In this document: positions 54,680 through 62,451 of the stretch, in pieces
Numbering within the stretch: position 1 is the first letter of the stretch
Layout of the letters: each line of letters begins with the position of its first letter
Assembly: GCA_964540055.1 (NCBI GenBank)
Contig: CAZILC010000005.1
Coordinates: 5,597-69,596 of the forward strand
DNA length: 64,000 bases
Direction of reading: 5' to 3'
Origin: an uncultured Gammaproteobacteria bacterium
Lineage (GTDB): Bacteria; Patescibacteriota; Microgenomatia; Levybacterales; UBA12049
The notes under the pieces: model-generated
Seen by the model: only the letters and a program-made list of their open reading frames with translations
The model's database searches: none
Told to the model about the DNA's origin: nothing
Translations under genes and position numbers: made by a program

Positions 54680-55828
54680 ATGAAACTCTATAACACGCTT
54701 ACGGATACAATACAAACATTTACATCCTTAGCTACTAAAGAAATCAAACTCTACGTCTGCGGTATCACTCCTTATGACACGACACATCTGGGACATGCTT
54801 TTACGTATACCATTTTTGATGTTCTCTACCGATTTTTGGAATTTCAGGGTTACAAAGTAAACTATACACAAAACGTCACGGATATTGATGACGATATTTT
54901 AAAACGGGCCAAAGAAGTAGAGGAGGATTGGCAAAAACTCGGTACATTTTGGACAAATAAATTTTTAAATGATATGAAATCGCTTCGAAACATCCCGCCA
55001 ACACATTATGTTAAGGCAACCGAAACTATATCGACGATTATTTCATTTATCGAAAAATTAGAAGCCGATGGATTCGCTTATGAAAAAAACGGCAATGTGT
55101 ATTTTTCGGTTCAAAAAGATCCCGAATACGGCAAACTTTCAAAATATACCCGAGATCAAATGATAAAGCTTTCTAAAGAACGAGGAGCAAATCCAGATGA
55201 CCCGAACAAACATGATCCGCTGGATTTTATCCTTTGGCAAAAAAGTAAAAATGACGAACCTTTTTGGAATTCCAAATGGGGAAAAGGTCGTCCGGGTTGG
55301 CATATCGAATGTTCCGCAATGGCTTACAAATACCTTGACAAAAAGATTGACATTCATGGCGGCGGAAGCGATCTGCGCTATCCCCATCATGAAAGTGAGA
55401 TTGCCCAGTCAGAACAATTTACCGGAGAAAAACCCTTTTCGCAATTTTGGATGCATATCGGCATGGTAGAGTATAAGGGAGAAAAAATGTCAAAATCACT
55501 CGGCAATCTCGTGATGGTTTCGGATTTGTTGAAAACCTACTCACCAAACACCATCCGCTATCTACTTTTATCCCATCACTACCGGGAACCCTGGGAATTT
55601 TTCCAGGATGAACTTGATAAAGCAGATCAAACAATGAAACAGCTTGAATCCAAAATCAAAACGAACAAATACACTCAGAAAGAAAAACCAAATTTAGAAG
55701 AGTTTACCAATGCATTATCAGAAGATCTAAACACGCCAAAGGCACTTGAAATAATTAAGAAAACTATAAAGAAGAGAAATATTACCGACGCGAAGAAGAT
55801 GCTCGGGATCCTTGGGATCGAGTTGTAG
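54680..55828 (+). CDS. cysteinyl-tRNA synthetase paralogue with MshC-like architecture (catalytic core only, no anticodon-binding domain)
   Basis: LYVCGITPYDTTHLGHAFTY, NVTDIDDDIL, GRPGWHIECS, HGGGSDLRYPHHESE and KMSKS are present. The protein ends about 35 aa after DLNTPKAL (382 aa). Start chosen at MKLYNTLTD (54680). Confidence 0.88.
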   Translation: MKLYNTLTDTIQTFTSLATKEIKLYVCGITPYDTTHLGHAFTYTIFDVLYRFLEFQGYKVNYTQNVTDIDDDILKRAKEVEEDWQKLGTFWTNKFLNDMKSLRNIPPTHYVKATETISTIISFIEKLEADGFAYEKNGNVYFSVQKDPEYGKLSKYTRDQMIKLSKERGANPDDPNKHDPLDFILWQKSKNDEPFWNSKWGKGRPGWHIECSAMAYKYLDKKIDIHGGGSDLRYPHHESEIAQSEQFTGEKPFSQFWMHIGMVEYKGEKMSKSLGNLVMVSDLLKTYSPNTIRYLLLSHHYREPWEFFQDELDKADQTMKQLESKIKTNKYTQKEKPNLEEFTNALSEDLNTPKALEIIKKTIKKRNITDAKKMLGILGIEL

Positions 55829-56786
55829 TAGAACGTGTCGCAAATGTATGCATTCTATCTGAAAGTTTGGTACTGACACTTATAAGACCCGCCTTGGATT
55901 GCACATCATGTAACGTTCCATTTTCTCTGGCAAGAAAAGCGACAACTGTTTCCAGGGTACTGTGCCCGTTAAATGAAAGATCCAACCCATTTCGGATAAA
56001 CATCCTCTTATCTGTATTCTCCGTTGTTGTCTTTGAACTTCTGGTAACTTGAATGAGTCCGCTCCTGTGACCTTGATCGGTAGTCACAGCTACAAGATCT
56101 GCCCGAAGATCCGGATCAACATTATGATCTTGCTGTATAGATGAGGAAAAAACAAGCACGCGACCTCTTGGATCAGAATTTGGAAGACCAATACCTAACA
56201 ATTCGTGTTGCAAGTTTATTATTCTCCGATCTAAAAATTCATATTTTCCAAAATCGGCATATACCTTGCCTAAAAGTTTTACTATTCCACTATTTGTTTG
56301 CTGTTGAGCTAAAGCAATTTCTCTTGCTGTCTGCTGCGTTCCACTGGACCAACGAGCCGCAACTGTCATAACAGGCAAACTTGCTAGTGCTTCCTCTGTT
56401 CGAAAACCAAGATCCATTAATCGTGCACTTCTATAATCTGTAGCTTTTTTACCGGCACTCTCAAATTGTCTCTTAGATCGTTCCCACATTTCTTGAGCAT
56501 GCTTCAAAGCTCGCATTCGTTCATGAATAGAAATCTTACCCGTATGCAGAGCTGCGCTTACTGCTGCCCAACCTGAAGCATAGCCATATAATGGATGCTC
56601 ATGTGCAACACTTGCCATATCGAAAGATTGGAAGAGAAGTTTTTGAGGTGGAACCACATTAGTATCCAGAATCAGCATGTAGTCTCTAAAACTCGGACTT
56701 TTTCTTCTAACTTGTAAGACTCGCTCTAAACCTTCAAAGGGAAGCTCAACCGTCCTTCCAGGCTGTTTGCCACGCTCCGCCGCCAT
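55782..56786 (-). CDS. hypothetical ORFan (334 aa), Arg/Ser/Thr-rich
   Basis: TATAGT lies 6 nt before ATG 56786 (leaderless pattern). N-terminus MAAERGKQPGR. The last 47 nt overlap the convergent CysRS-like gene. I recognise no domain. Confidence 0.6.
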   Translation of the reverse strand: MAAERGKQPGRTVELPFEGLERVLQVRRKSPSFRDYMLILDTNVVPPQKLLFQSFDMASVAHEHPLYGYASGWAAVSAALHTGKISIHERMRALKHAQEMWERSKRQFESAGKKATDYRSARLMDLGFRTEEALASLPVMTVAARWSSGTQQTAREIALAQQQTNSGIVKLLGKVYADFGKYEFLDRRIINLQHELLGIGLPNSDPRGRVLVFSSSIQQDHNVDPDLRADLVAVTTDQGHRSGLIQVTRSSKTTTENTDKRMFIRNGLDLSFNGHSTLETVVAFLARENGTLHDVQSKAGLISVSTKLSDRMHTFATRSTTTRSQGSRASSSRR

Positions 56787-56846
56787 AAAAGAACTATACT
56801 ACAAATTGAGTCATTAGGGGTATAAGTAAACTATAGAGATGTAATA

Positions 56847-57530
56847 TTATTTATACACACTAACCGTGAGGGTATCATTAGCATAGGTAAATACCAATTT
56901 CACAGGTTTATCAAAATTGTTTTCGACATATAAATTTTGCGCTTCATTAGCACCAGATTCACCGGCAGAATAATAAATAGCAGTGCCGTATTTCGGATCA
57001 ATATCAGGAATTTTCGCAAAGTCATGGCGCGTTGGGGCAACGACGTTCAAGCCAGCATCACGAGCAGCCCAGTTAATAAGTGTCGCGAAATGGCAGACTC
57101 CGTCTCCGTATAAATCACCATCATATTCAAATCCTTCAGTCGCACCAAAATGAGCATTCGTCGTAACAACATGCTTATCAGCATAGATAGGCAACACGTC
57201 GTCATGGAAAGCAAAAACTTCACCAGGCTGCAAAGTCAGCACATACTGGGTAGGTTTACGAACAGCATCCCAATTGATTTGCTGTGCGTTTTTAACACTT
57301 CCTGACATGTAGGCAAGTGTCAACAAAATGTTATCTTTAAACACCTTGTTAACTGAAGCAACAGGATATCGATCATCAAGTGACATACCACGTGTTGCAA
57401 GAAGCTGTCCATAAGACTGCTGCTCTTTCTGTATAACATAAGGAAGAGTCGCAGTAAAAGCCTCAGCCTGCATCGTCCCGATAGCAAGGGCAAAAGGAAT
57501 TAAAATAAGGAATTTTTTAAATAAATTCAT
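56847..57530 (-). CDS. VanW-like family secreted protein
   Basis: Signal peptide MNLFKKFLILIPFALAIGTMQAEA. GDGVCHFATLINWAARDAGLNVVAPTRHDF resembles the VanW core (GGGxCQxSTTLYNA...H). ATG 57530 is preferred to the track's TTG at 57548. Confidence 0.72.
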   Translation of the reverse strand: MNLFKKFLILIPFALAIGTMQAEAFTATLPYVIQKEQQSYGQLLATRGMSLDDRYPVASVNKVFKDNILLTLAYMSGSVKNAQQINWDAVRKPTQYVLTLQPGEVFAFHDDVLPIYADKHVVTTNAHFGATEGFEYDGDLYGDGVCHFATLINWAARDAGLNVVAPTRHDFAKIPDIDPKYGTAIYYSAGESGANEAQNLYVENNFDKPVKLVFTYANDTLTVSVYK

Positions 57531-57568
57531 AAATAAAAACAGGCCCAAATCTAGACCTATAGTTGTAT

Positions 57569-57598
57569 ATTATACAACACTATGGGCCCATTTGTCAA
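57569..57598 (-). promoter_or_regulatory. consensus promoter TTGACA-18-TATAAT for the VanW-like gene, with the palindrome ATGGGCCCAT in the spacer
   Basis: Minus strand reads CTTGACAAATGGGCCCATAGTGTTGTATAAT. It shares CTTGACAAATGG and the 9-mer ACTATGGGC (inverted) with the promoter at 59312-59349. Confidence 0.6.
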
Positions 57599-57684
57599 GT
57601 CCACGAGAATCAAAAATGCAAGAAAATGGAGGCTAAATTTATCATTTTAAATGTGAAATGAAACTTTTCCTTAAATCGACATTA

Positions 57685-57814
57685 CTGCGCGCAGCGTTAA
57701 AAAAATCTTTGGAGTGGAGCGTATAAAAAAACGAATGTTTTTTAGCGGAACGGAAAAGATTTTTAGCGAGCACAGCTCTGTCGAGAGCTTTGGTACTTTG
57801 GCGGCCCAAAGTAC
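57685..57814 (+). promoter_or_regulatory. candidate structured 5' leader / cis-regulatory RNA upstream of the L,D-transpeptidase gene
   Basis: Stacked hairpins: AAAAAAC-GAAU-GUUUUUU (57726-57743), AGCUCU-GUCG-AGAGCU (57774-57789) and GUACUUUGG-CGGC-CCAAAGUAC (57793-57814). There is also a long-range helix pairing 57695-57710 with 57755-57768. No ORF, and no match to a riboswitch class I can recognise. Confidence 0.35.
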
Positions 57815-57864
57815 AAAAATAAACTCAGCTTTACATTCGCTCATCAATAACTTACTCTAAATAC

Positions 57865-58608
57865 ATGAGCAAAAAGAAAAAAACGAATCCTCAATCTCCT
57901 GATCATTCGTTCCAAATAACCCTCATCACATTCAGCTCAATAATCTTACTTATTGGCTTAACGATAATTTTAAACTTGAAACCCCACACCTGTGCCAACT
58001 CCATAAGCTGCATAACCAATCTCACAGGACAAAAAACACCAGATACCACCGGCATATTCATGGGTAACCACGTGACCGCACCAAACCTCCCGGAAAATCC
58101 CGAACTTGCACTAGATAACGCCAGACAAGTTCTCGGCACCTCAACTGAAACAAAACATATCTATGTAAGCCTCAACACGCAACGCCTCTATGCCTACCAA
58201 GGAGCCAACCTGGTATATAGCTTCCCAATCTCTTCAGGCAAATATCACCCGACTCCAACAGGGGATTTCAGAATTTGGATATGGCTGAAATATACGAGAA
58301 TGGTAGGCGGCAGTGCTTCCAACGGGACCTATTACAATCTCCCTAATGTACCCTTTACGATGTATTTTGCAAATAATACTATCCCGCAAAATGACGGCTA
58401 CAGCCTCCATGGAGCCTATTGGCACAATAACTTCGGCCATCCCATGAGTCATGGATGCGTGAATATTCCTGTTGCGGATGCTGAAAAACTATATTATTGG
58501 ACCAATCCGAATGCAGGCTATATTTCCTATCCGACAAATGTCGTTCCGGGAACATTAATAACTATCTATGGAGATCCGCCGGCAAGTGAAACCGACTACG
58601 TGGACTAA
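57865..58608 (+). CDS. L,D-transpeptidase (YkuD domain) with N-terminal membrane anchor
   Basis: YVSLNTQRLYAYQG...FPISSGK...PTPTGDFRI...SLHGAYWHNNFGHPMSHGCVNIP (the catalytic H...SHGC motif). Confidence 0.9.
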   Translation: MSKKKKTNPQSPDHSFQITLITFSSIILLIGLTIILNLKPHTCANSISCITNLTGQKTPDTTGIFMGNHVTAPNLPENPELALDNARQVLGTSTETKHIYVSLNTQRLYAYQGANLVYSFPISSGKYHPTPTGDFRIWIWLKYTRMVGGSASNGTYYNLPNVPFTMYFANNTIPQNDGYSLHGAYWHNNFGHPMSHGCVNIPVADAEKLYYWTNPNAGYISYPTNVVPGTLITIYGDPPASETDYVD

Positions 58609-58617
58609 GATAAAACC

Positions 58618-59262
58618 TTAGATCAATCCTTGTCCATGCAACTTACGTGCACAGCCAGGGAACTGGTTGTAAATACTTGATCGATTCAACAACTGTCTCA
58701 CGGCAGCTTTTTGAACTTCCATAGGAGCTAGATCGGCTCGGTCATAGCCAGTATTCATACTTTTCCATGTTCCATAAGAGAACTGAAAGGCACCATAGTA
58801 ACCATTTCCAGAGTTTCTCGCAGGATTATTTCCAGCCTCACAACTTCCAAGAGCATCAAGTGCGGTATCAGAAATAGATCCATCACTGGTTGCAGCTGTA
58901 GGAGCCTGAGTCACAGGTTCCTCAACAATAGTAGGTATGACTGTCGGCTCAATAGTCGGCGTAACTGTCGGGACAACCGTTAAGGTTTCAGAAGATGTTG
59001 AAGCATCAGTTGTCGGCTGCAACAATGTCCCGTTTTTGACAATAGCTTTCTGAAGTCCTGGCAAAGGAAGTACATCCGTATTTCCAAGCTTTTTGAGCTT
59101 AAGAGTATACGTTTTATCATTTTGTTCCACAGAATAAGTAACGTAGTTCTTATCTGTCAGAACCCGTGAGTATACAATTTGAGGCGTCGGAGGGGTAGGA
59201 GATACGGTAGGTTTTAACGTAAGTTGGGCGGACAATGCTGTTAATAGAATTGTCTGTATCAT
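58618..59262 (-). CDS. secreted Rpf-like (transglycosylase-like domain) protein with Thr/Pro/Val-rich linker
   Basis: C-terminal CEAGNNPARNSGNGYYGAFQFSYGTWKS...QKAAVRQLL...QFPGC resembles the resuscitation-promoting-factor domain (CESGGNW..NTGNGYYGGLQFS..TW...WP.C). Confidence 0.8.
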   Translation of the reverse strand: MIQTILLTALSAQLTLKPTVSPTPPTPQIVYSRVLTDKNYVTYSVEQNDKTYTLKLKKLGNTDVLPLPGLQKAIVKNGTLLQPTTDASTSSETLTVVPTVTPTIEPTVIPTIVEEPVTQAPTAATSDGSISDTALDALGSCEAGNNPARNSGNGYYGAFQFSYGTWKSMNTGYDRADLAPMEVQKAAVRQLLNRSSIYNQFPGCARKLHGQGLI

Positions 59263-59311
59263 AATTTAAAAGTAAAAGCAGCCAAAAAGGCTGACTTAAA
59301 CTAATTTGCGT

Positions 59312-59340
59312 ATTATACACGAATATCATCCATTTGTCAA
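59312..59340 (-). promoter_or_regulatory. consensus promoter TTGACA-17-TATAAT for the Rpf-like gene
   Basis: Minus strand reads ACTATGGGCTTGACAAATGGATGATATTCGTGTATAAT. The roughly 50-nt leader contains CAGCC-UUUUU-GGCUG followed by a U-rich tract just before the ATG. Confidence 0.6.
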
Positions 59341-59399
59341 GCCCATAGTATTTATTTTTAGGTTCAATCTAGGCATTTTGTCAGATTAATGTTTGCTTC

Positions 59400-59428
59400 T
59401 TGACTTCCAATAATTGTAGGTTTAAAAT
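59400..59428 (+). promoter_or_regulatory. promoter TTGACT-17-TAAAAT for the PfkB-like gene
   Basis: TTGACT at 59400-59405 (this is the track's apparent TTG start) and TAAAAT at 59423-59428. Confidence 0.55.
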
Positions 59429-59465
59429 TCCATTGAGCTCTTTAATTATTACAGAATTCTTACAG

Positions 59466-60737
59466 ATGAAAGGAAGTATCGAAGCACCCGTACTTGTTGA
59501 AAGGTCTTTCGCTGGTTTGAGACCAGATAGAGTACGACACAATGGACCGGTACTTATACCATATACTGGACCACTACGAATTGCAGGCGTCGGCCCATCC
59601 AATGTTGATATTCACGTTAGAGGATTAGATCCCCAAAAAACCCCAGATGAAGTTTACAGAAGAGCAACCGTAGGCGGAGTACTTTTAAGTAAAATTGCAG
59701 TTCCAGAAGTACGTAAAATAGAAGAATTGGAAGAAATTGTTGTCGCAGAGGGTGCCGAAACATTTAAAACTCCAGCAGGAAATATAGGAACCATTTTAGG
59801 AGTTATGTCTTCGTTATTAGAAGAAGGAACTGTAAGAGTAGATACACCTGTAGGAAGAGATCCTGACGGCAAATTAATCAGAAGAGACCTTAGAACGAGA
59901 GATAATCTACAATCTGTTTTTCACAGAATTAAGGGAAGAACACCAGTGAGTATAGTAATTCCAGCATGGATAGACGAAAAACCAGACAGGCTTGCTTTCA
60001 CCCACAAGCCCCAAAATATACAATCAAAATTTAAGGAATATTTGCCACAAGATCTGGATTTTGCCGTTGTTAACTCGTTAGCAGGACCACATTGGGCGCA
60101 GGATTTACGAGAGGGAGTTGACGAATTAACTAACCGCATACCACCAGTACCATATATTTATACTCCGGGTTCCTTGCAACTTGGTGCAATTATTGATGCC
60201 TCAGATCCTGGAAAAAGAGACCAAACAAAAATTGATGCTGTCTATCATGCAGTGAGGAATGCACATATACTCAGCCTTGATGTGGGTGAACTCAAAACGC
60301 TCATGAAAGGACACGGTTATCAAAAGGAGTATCTTGATGGGCTTCATAAGGAACTACTGTTAAAACAAGCACATGATGTTCTCGGATCAAAAGTAATAAT
60401 GGTTACTGATGGCAAACATGGCTCCTGGGGTTATGACAGTATAAAAGATCCTCATAATGTTTGGCATATTGGAATGAAGCCTGATAAACCTGGTGCTGAA
60501 ATTAAAAGTACTATTGGCGCAGGAGACAGATTTATTGGTGCAGCTGGTTTACAGTACTTTATGTCAGGTGATATACGAGAAGCTCTTCGTTGGGGAACTG
60601 TCAGCGGTTCACAAGCTGTGTTGGTGTATGGTGCCCGAGATAAACTTCCTACAAGAGATGCGTTCACTAGTTTGCTTGCGGAGCGCGATACGCCAAGAGC
60701 CTACATTGACAAAGCAAGACTTATCTCAACTAAATAA
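59466..60737 (+). CDS. divergent, enlarged PfkB/ribokinase-family sugar or nucleoside kinase
   Basis: LRIAGVGPSNVDIHV (N-terminal beta strand), TPAGNIGTILG (GG-like lid motif), a C-terminal KSTIGAGDRFIGAAG (the PfkB GAGD catalytic motif), and VSGSQAV. 423 aa counted from ATG 59466. Confidence 0.6.
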   Translation: MKGSIEAPVLVERSFAGLRPDRVRHNGPVLIPYTGPLRIAGVGPSNVDIHVRGLDPQKTPDEVYRRATVGGVLLSKIAVPEVRKIEELEEIVVAEGAETFKTPAGNIGTILGVMSSLLEEGTVRVDTPVGRDPDGKLIRRDLRTRDNLQSVFHRIKGRTPVSIVIPAWIDEKPDRLAFTHKPQNIQSKFKEYLPQDLDFAVVNSLAGPHWAQDLREGVDELTNRIPPVPYIYTPGSLQLGAIIDASDPGKRDQTKIDAVYHAVRNAHILSLDVGELKTLMKGHGYQKEYLDGLHKELLLKQAHDVLGSKVIMVTDGKHGSWGYDSIKDPHNVWHIGMKPDKPGAEIKSTIGAGDRFIGAAGLQYFMSGDIREALRWGTVSGSQAVLVYGARDKLPTRDAFTSLLAERDTPRAYIDKARLISTK

Positions 60738-60740
60738 TTG

Positions 60741-60813
60741 TGGGAAGGCGCAGAGTTGAACTGCGATCTGATGTTCTTCAGACACCCGCCGTGACCACCT
60801 TGGCTACCTTCCC
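60741..60813 (-). tRNA. tRNA-Phe (anticodon GAA)
   Basis: GGGAAGG/CCUUCCC acceptor with A73, anticodon arm GGUGU-CUGAAGA-ACAUC (G at position 37), T arm CGCAG-UUCAACU-CUGCG. TGgTAGAAT promoter upstream. Confidence 0.8.
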
Positions 60814-60859
60814 GTACAATAAAGAAAACCTGTAACGTATTCTACCAAAAAAATCCCGA

Positions 60860-62395
60860 TTATTCTACAATTCTATACTTCTTGATGACCTCACTATTCA
60901 CCCCATTGTTTCTGACAAAAATAGTAACAGTTCCATCAGCAAACACAGGCACCCACTCCTTACTTTGAATAATACCCAAAAGAAACGGCCGGATCTTGGC
61001 AGGATCATCGTAGGCGACATTAAAGACAATTGCATTGATGTTGTATTTCTGTACTTGTTGATTAAAAAACTGCGGATCAGCCATCATACGCCAATAATCA
61101 TCAAAGAAGCCCGCCGGATATGCCTCAGGCCGGGCATCGACATACATCTGTTCCTGTGGATACAACCGGTAAATAAGATAATTGCCAATGATGTAATTAT
61201 TGAAAATTCTACCCTTCACGTGCGCTGCTTGGATAAAATCCGAGGCTTTTTCAGCTGAGGGAACAAATCCAAAACCCAAAATATTGTAGACAAACAGTCC
61301 ACTCACATGAATTCCAACTACTATCAGAACTCCAAGCACTACCATTCCTTTCACAATATTGGTAATCTGCTCGTCATAACTTTTCTTCAATTTCTCCTCA
61401 ATAAGGGTAAATGTCTGAACAAGCGGGATGAAACTAAGAAGACTAAACAGCCCAATACAGCGAGTGAATTTTATAGCCAAACCTGAAGCCACCAGTCCGC
61501 TTCCCATCGTAAAAATTTGCCTCCATTGTTTGCGAAGCAGGAAACCGACGAAGAACAAAACTAGCATAATATCAAAAAGAAATACCTGCAAAACCAGTGT
61601 GTAGGCGACGTTGGTGTTGGTGCTTGAGGGATTTAAGATGACAAACGGACTTTCATTTTCTTCAACGGGAAAACCGTAATTTGTCTGAAAGGTAAAAGGC
61701 AACAGTGCTCCACGGATAAAACTGGGGTTAAAAAGGGTTGCCAATACCATAAGTAATAAAACTAAACCCAAACGCTGAGGGAATTTCTTTTTTAGGATCC
61801 ATTCTTCGAGAAAGAGAAACCCTACCATAACAACTCCCACGATAAAATAGATATGCATATTGACCCACAGCACTTCCAAAACCGGCAACAGCCACAAAAA
61901 ATGCATTTTTTTGCTCTGTTTATACTTTTCGATGAGAAAGACGAACACCGCGATGAGTAAGTAGCTGTACAATTCAGGCAGAACAAAAAACCGCATAGAA
62001 AAAAGAGTAATTCCCAGGAATGAAAACACCGTAACCCAAAAAAGCGAACCTTTCTTAAGCGCTACTTTATACAGAAGCGTTACAGTGATGAGAACGAGAA
62101 GCATTTTGAAGACGAGTAATCCGCTAATTCCAAACACAACTGATACGAGATAGAAAATAACTTCCCCCAGCCATTCATGATTGACTATAGGGAAGTCGGG
62201 ATTTGTGTAAGAGAACAAATTCGTTTGCGGGATACAATGACAGTTGAGGATAACTTGCCCTAATTTAAGATGTCGCCCCAGATCTCCCATCATGGAAAGA
62301 TCTTTTTGAAATAAGAGAATTACGAGATAGAGTAAAGGCAAAAAGGCAATGAGCAAACTCCAACGAAATCGCATAAATATAGATAAGTCTATCAC
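60860..62395 (-). CDS. large polytopic membrane protein with C-terminal extracytoplasmic domain (GT-C-fold glycosyltransferase-like)
   Basis: 511 aa with about 11 TM helices. The first loop is MMGDLGRHLKLGQ. The architecture resembles PMT/ArnT-type enzymes, but I recognise no diagnostic motif. GTG start (alternative ATG at 62374). Confidence 0.55.
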   Translation of the reverse strand: MIDLSIFMRFRWSLLIAFLPLLYLVILLFQKDLSMMGDLGRHLKLGQVILNCHCIPQTNLFSYTNPDFPIVNHEWLGEVIFYLVSVVFGISGLLVFKMLLVLITVTLLYKVALKKGSLFWVTVFSFLGITLFSMRFFVLPELYSYLLIAVFVFLIEKYKQSKKMHFLWLLPVLEVLWVNMHIYFIVGVVMVGFLFLEEWILKKKFPQRLGLVLLLMVLATLFNPSFIRGALLPFTFQTNYGFPVEENESPFVILNPSSTNTNVAYTLVLQVFLFDIMLVLFFVGFLLRKQWRQIFTMGSGLVASGLAIKFTRCIGLFSLLSFIPLVQTFTLIEEKLKKSYDEQITNIVKGMVVLGVLIVVGIHVSGLFVYNILGFGFVPSAEKASDFIQAAHVKGRIFNNYIIGNYLIYRLYPQEQMYVDARPEAYPAGFFDDYWRMMADPQFFNQQVQKYNINAIVFNVAYDDPAKIRPFLLGIIQSKEWVPVFADGTVTIFVRNNGVNSEVIKKYRIVE

Positions 62396-62451
62396 ATCCT
62401 TGACAACTATATAATATTGCTCTACTGTTAAGAAGAATAGCTTAAATACTC

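Noticed and set aside
57793-57814. The perfect 9-bp hairpin GTACTTTGG-CGGC-CCAAAGTAC as an intrinsic terminator.
   Set aside because: On the plus strand it is followed by an A-run. On the minus strand the T-run precedes the stem. It therefore fits neither orientation of a rho-independent terminator and is more likely part of a structured leader.
59400-59465. TTG at 59400 as the start codon of the PfkB-like protein (as in the ORF track).
   Set aside because: That TTG is the first triplet of a TTGACT -35 box that is followed 17 nt later by TAAAAT. The first ATG (59466) is the more plausible start.
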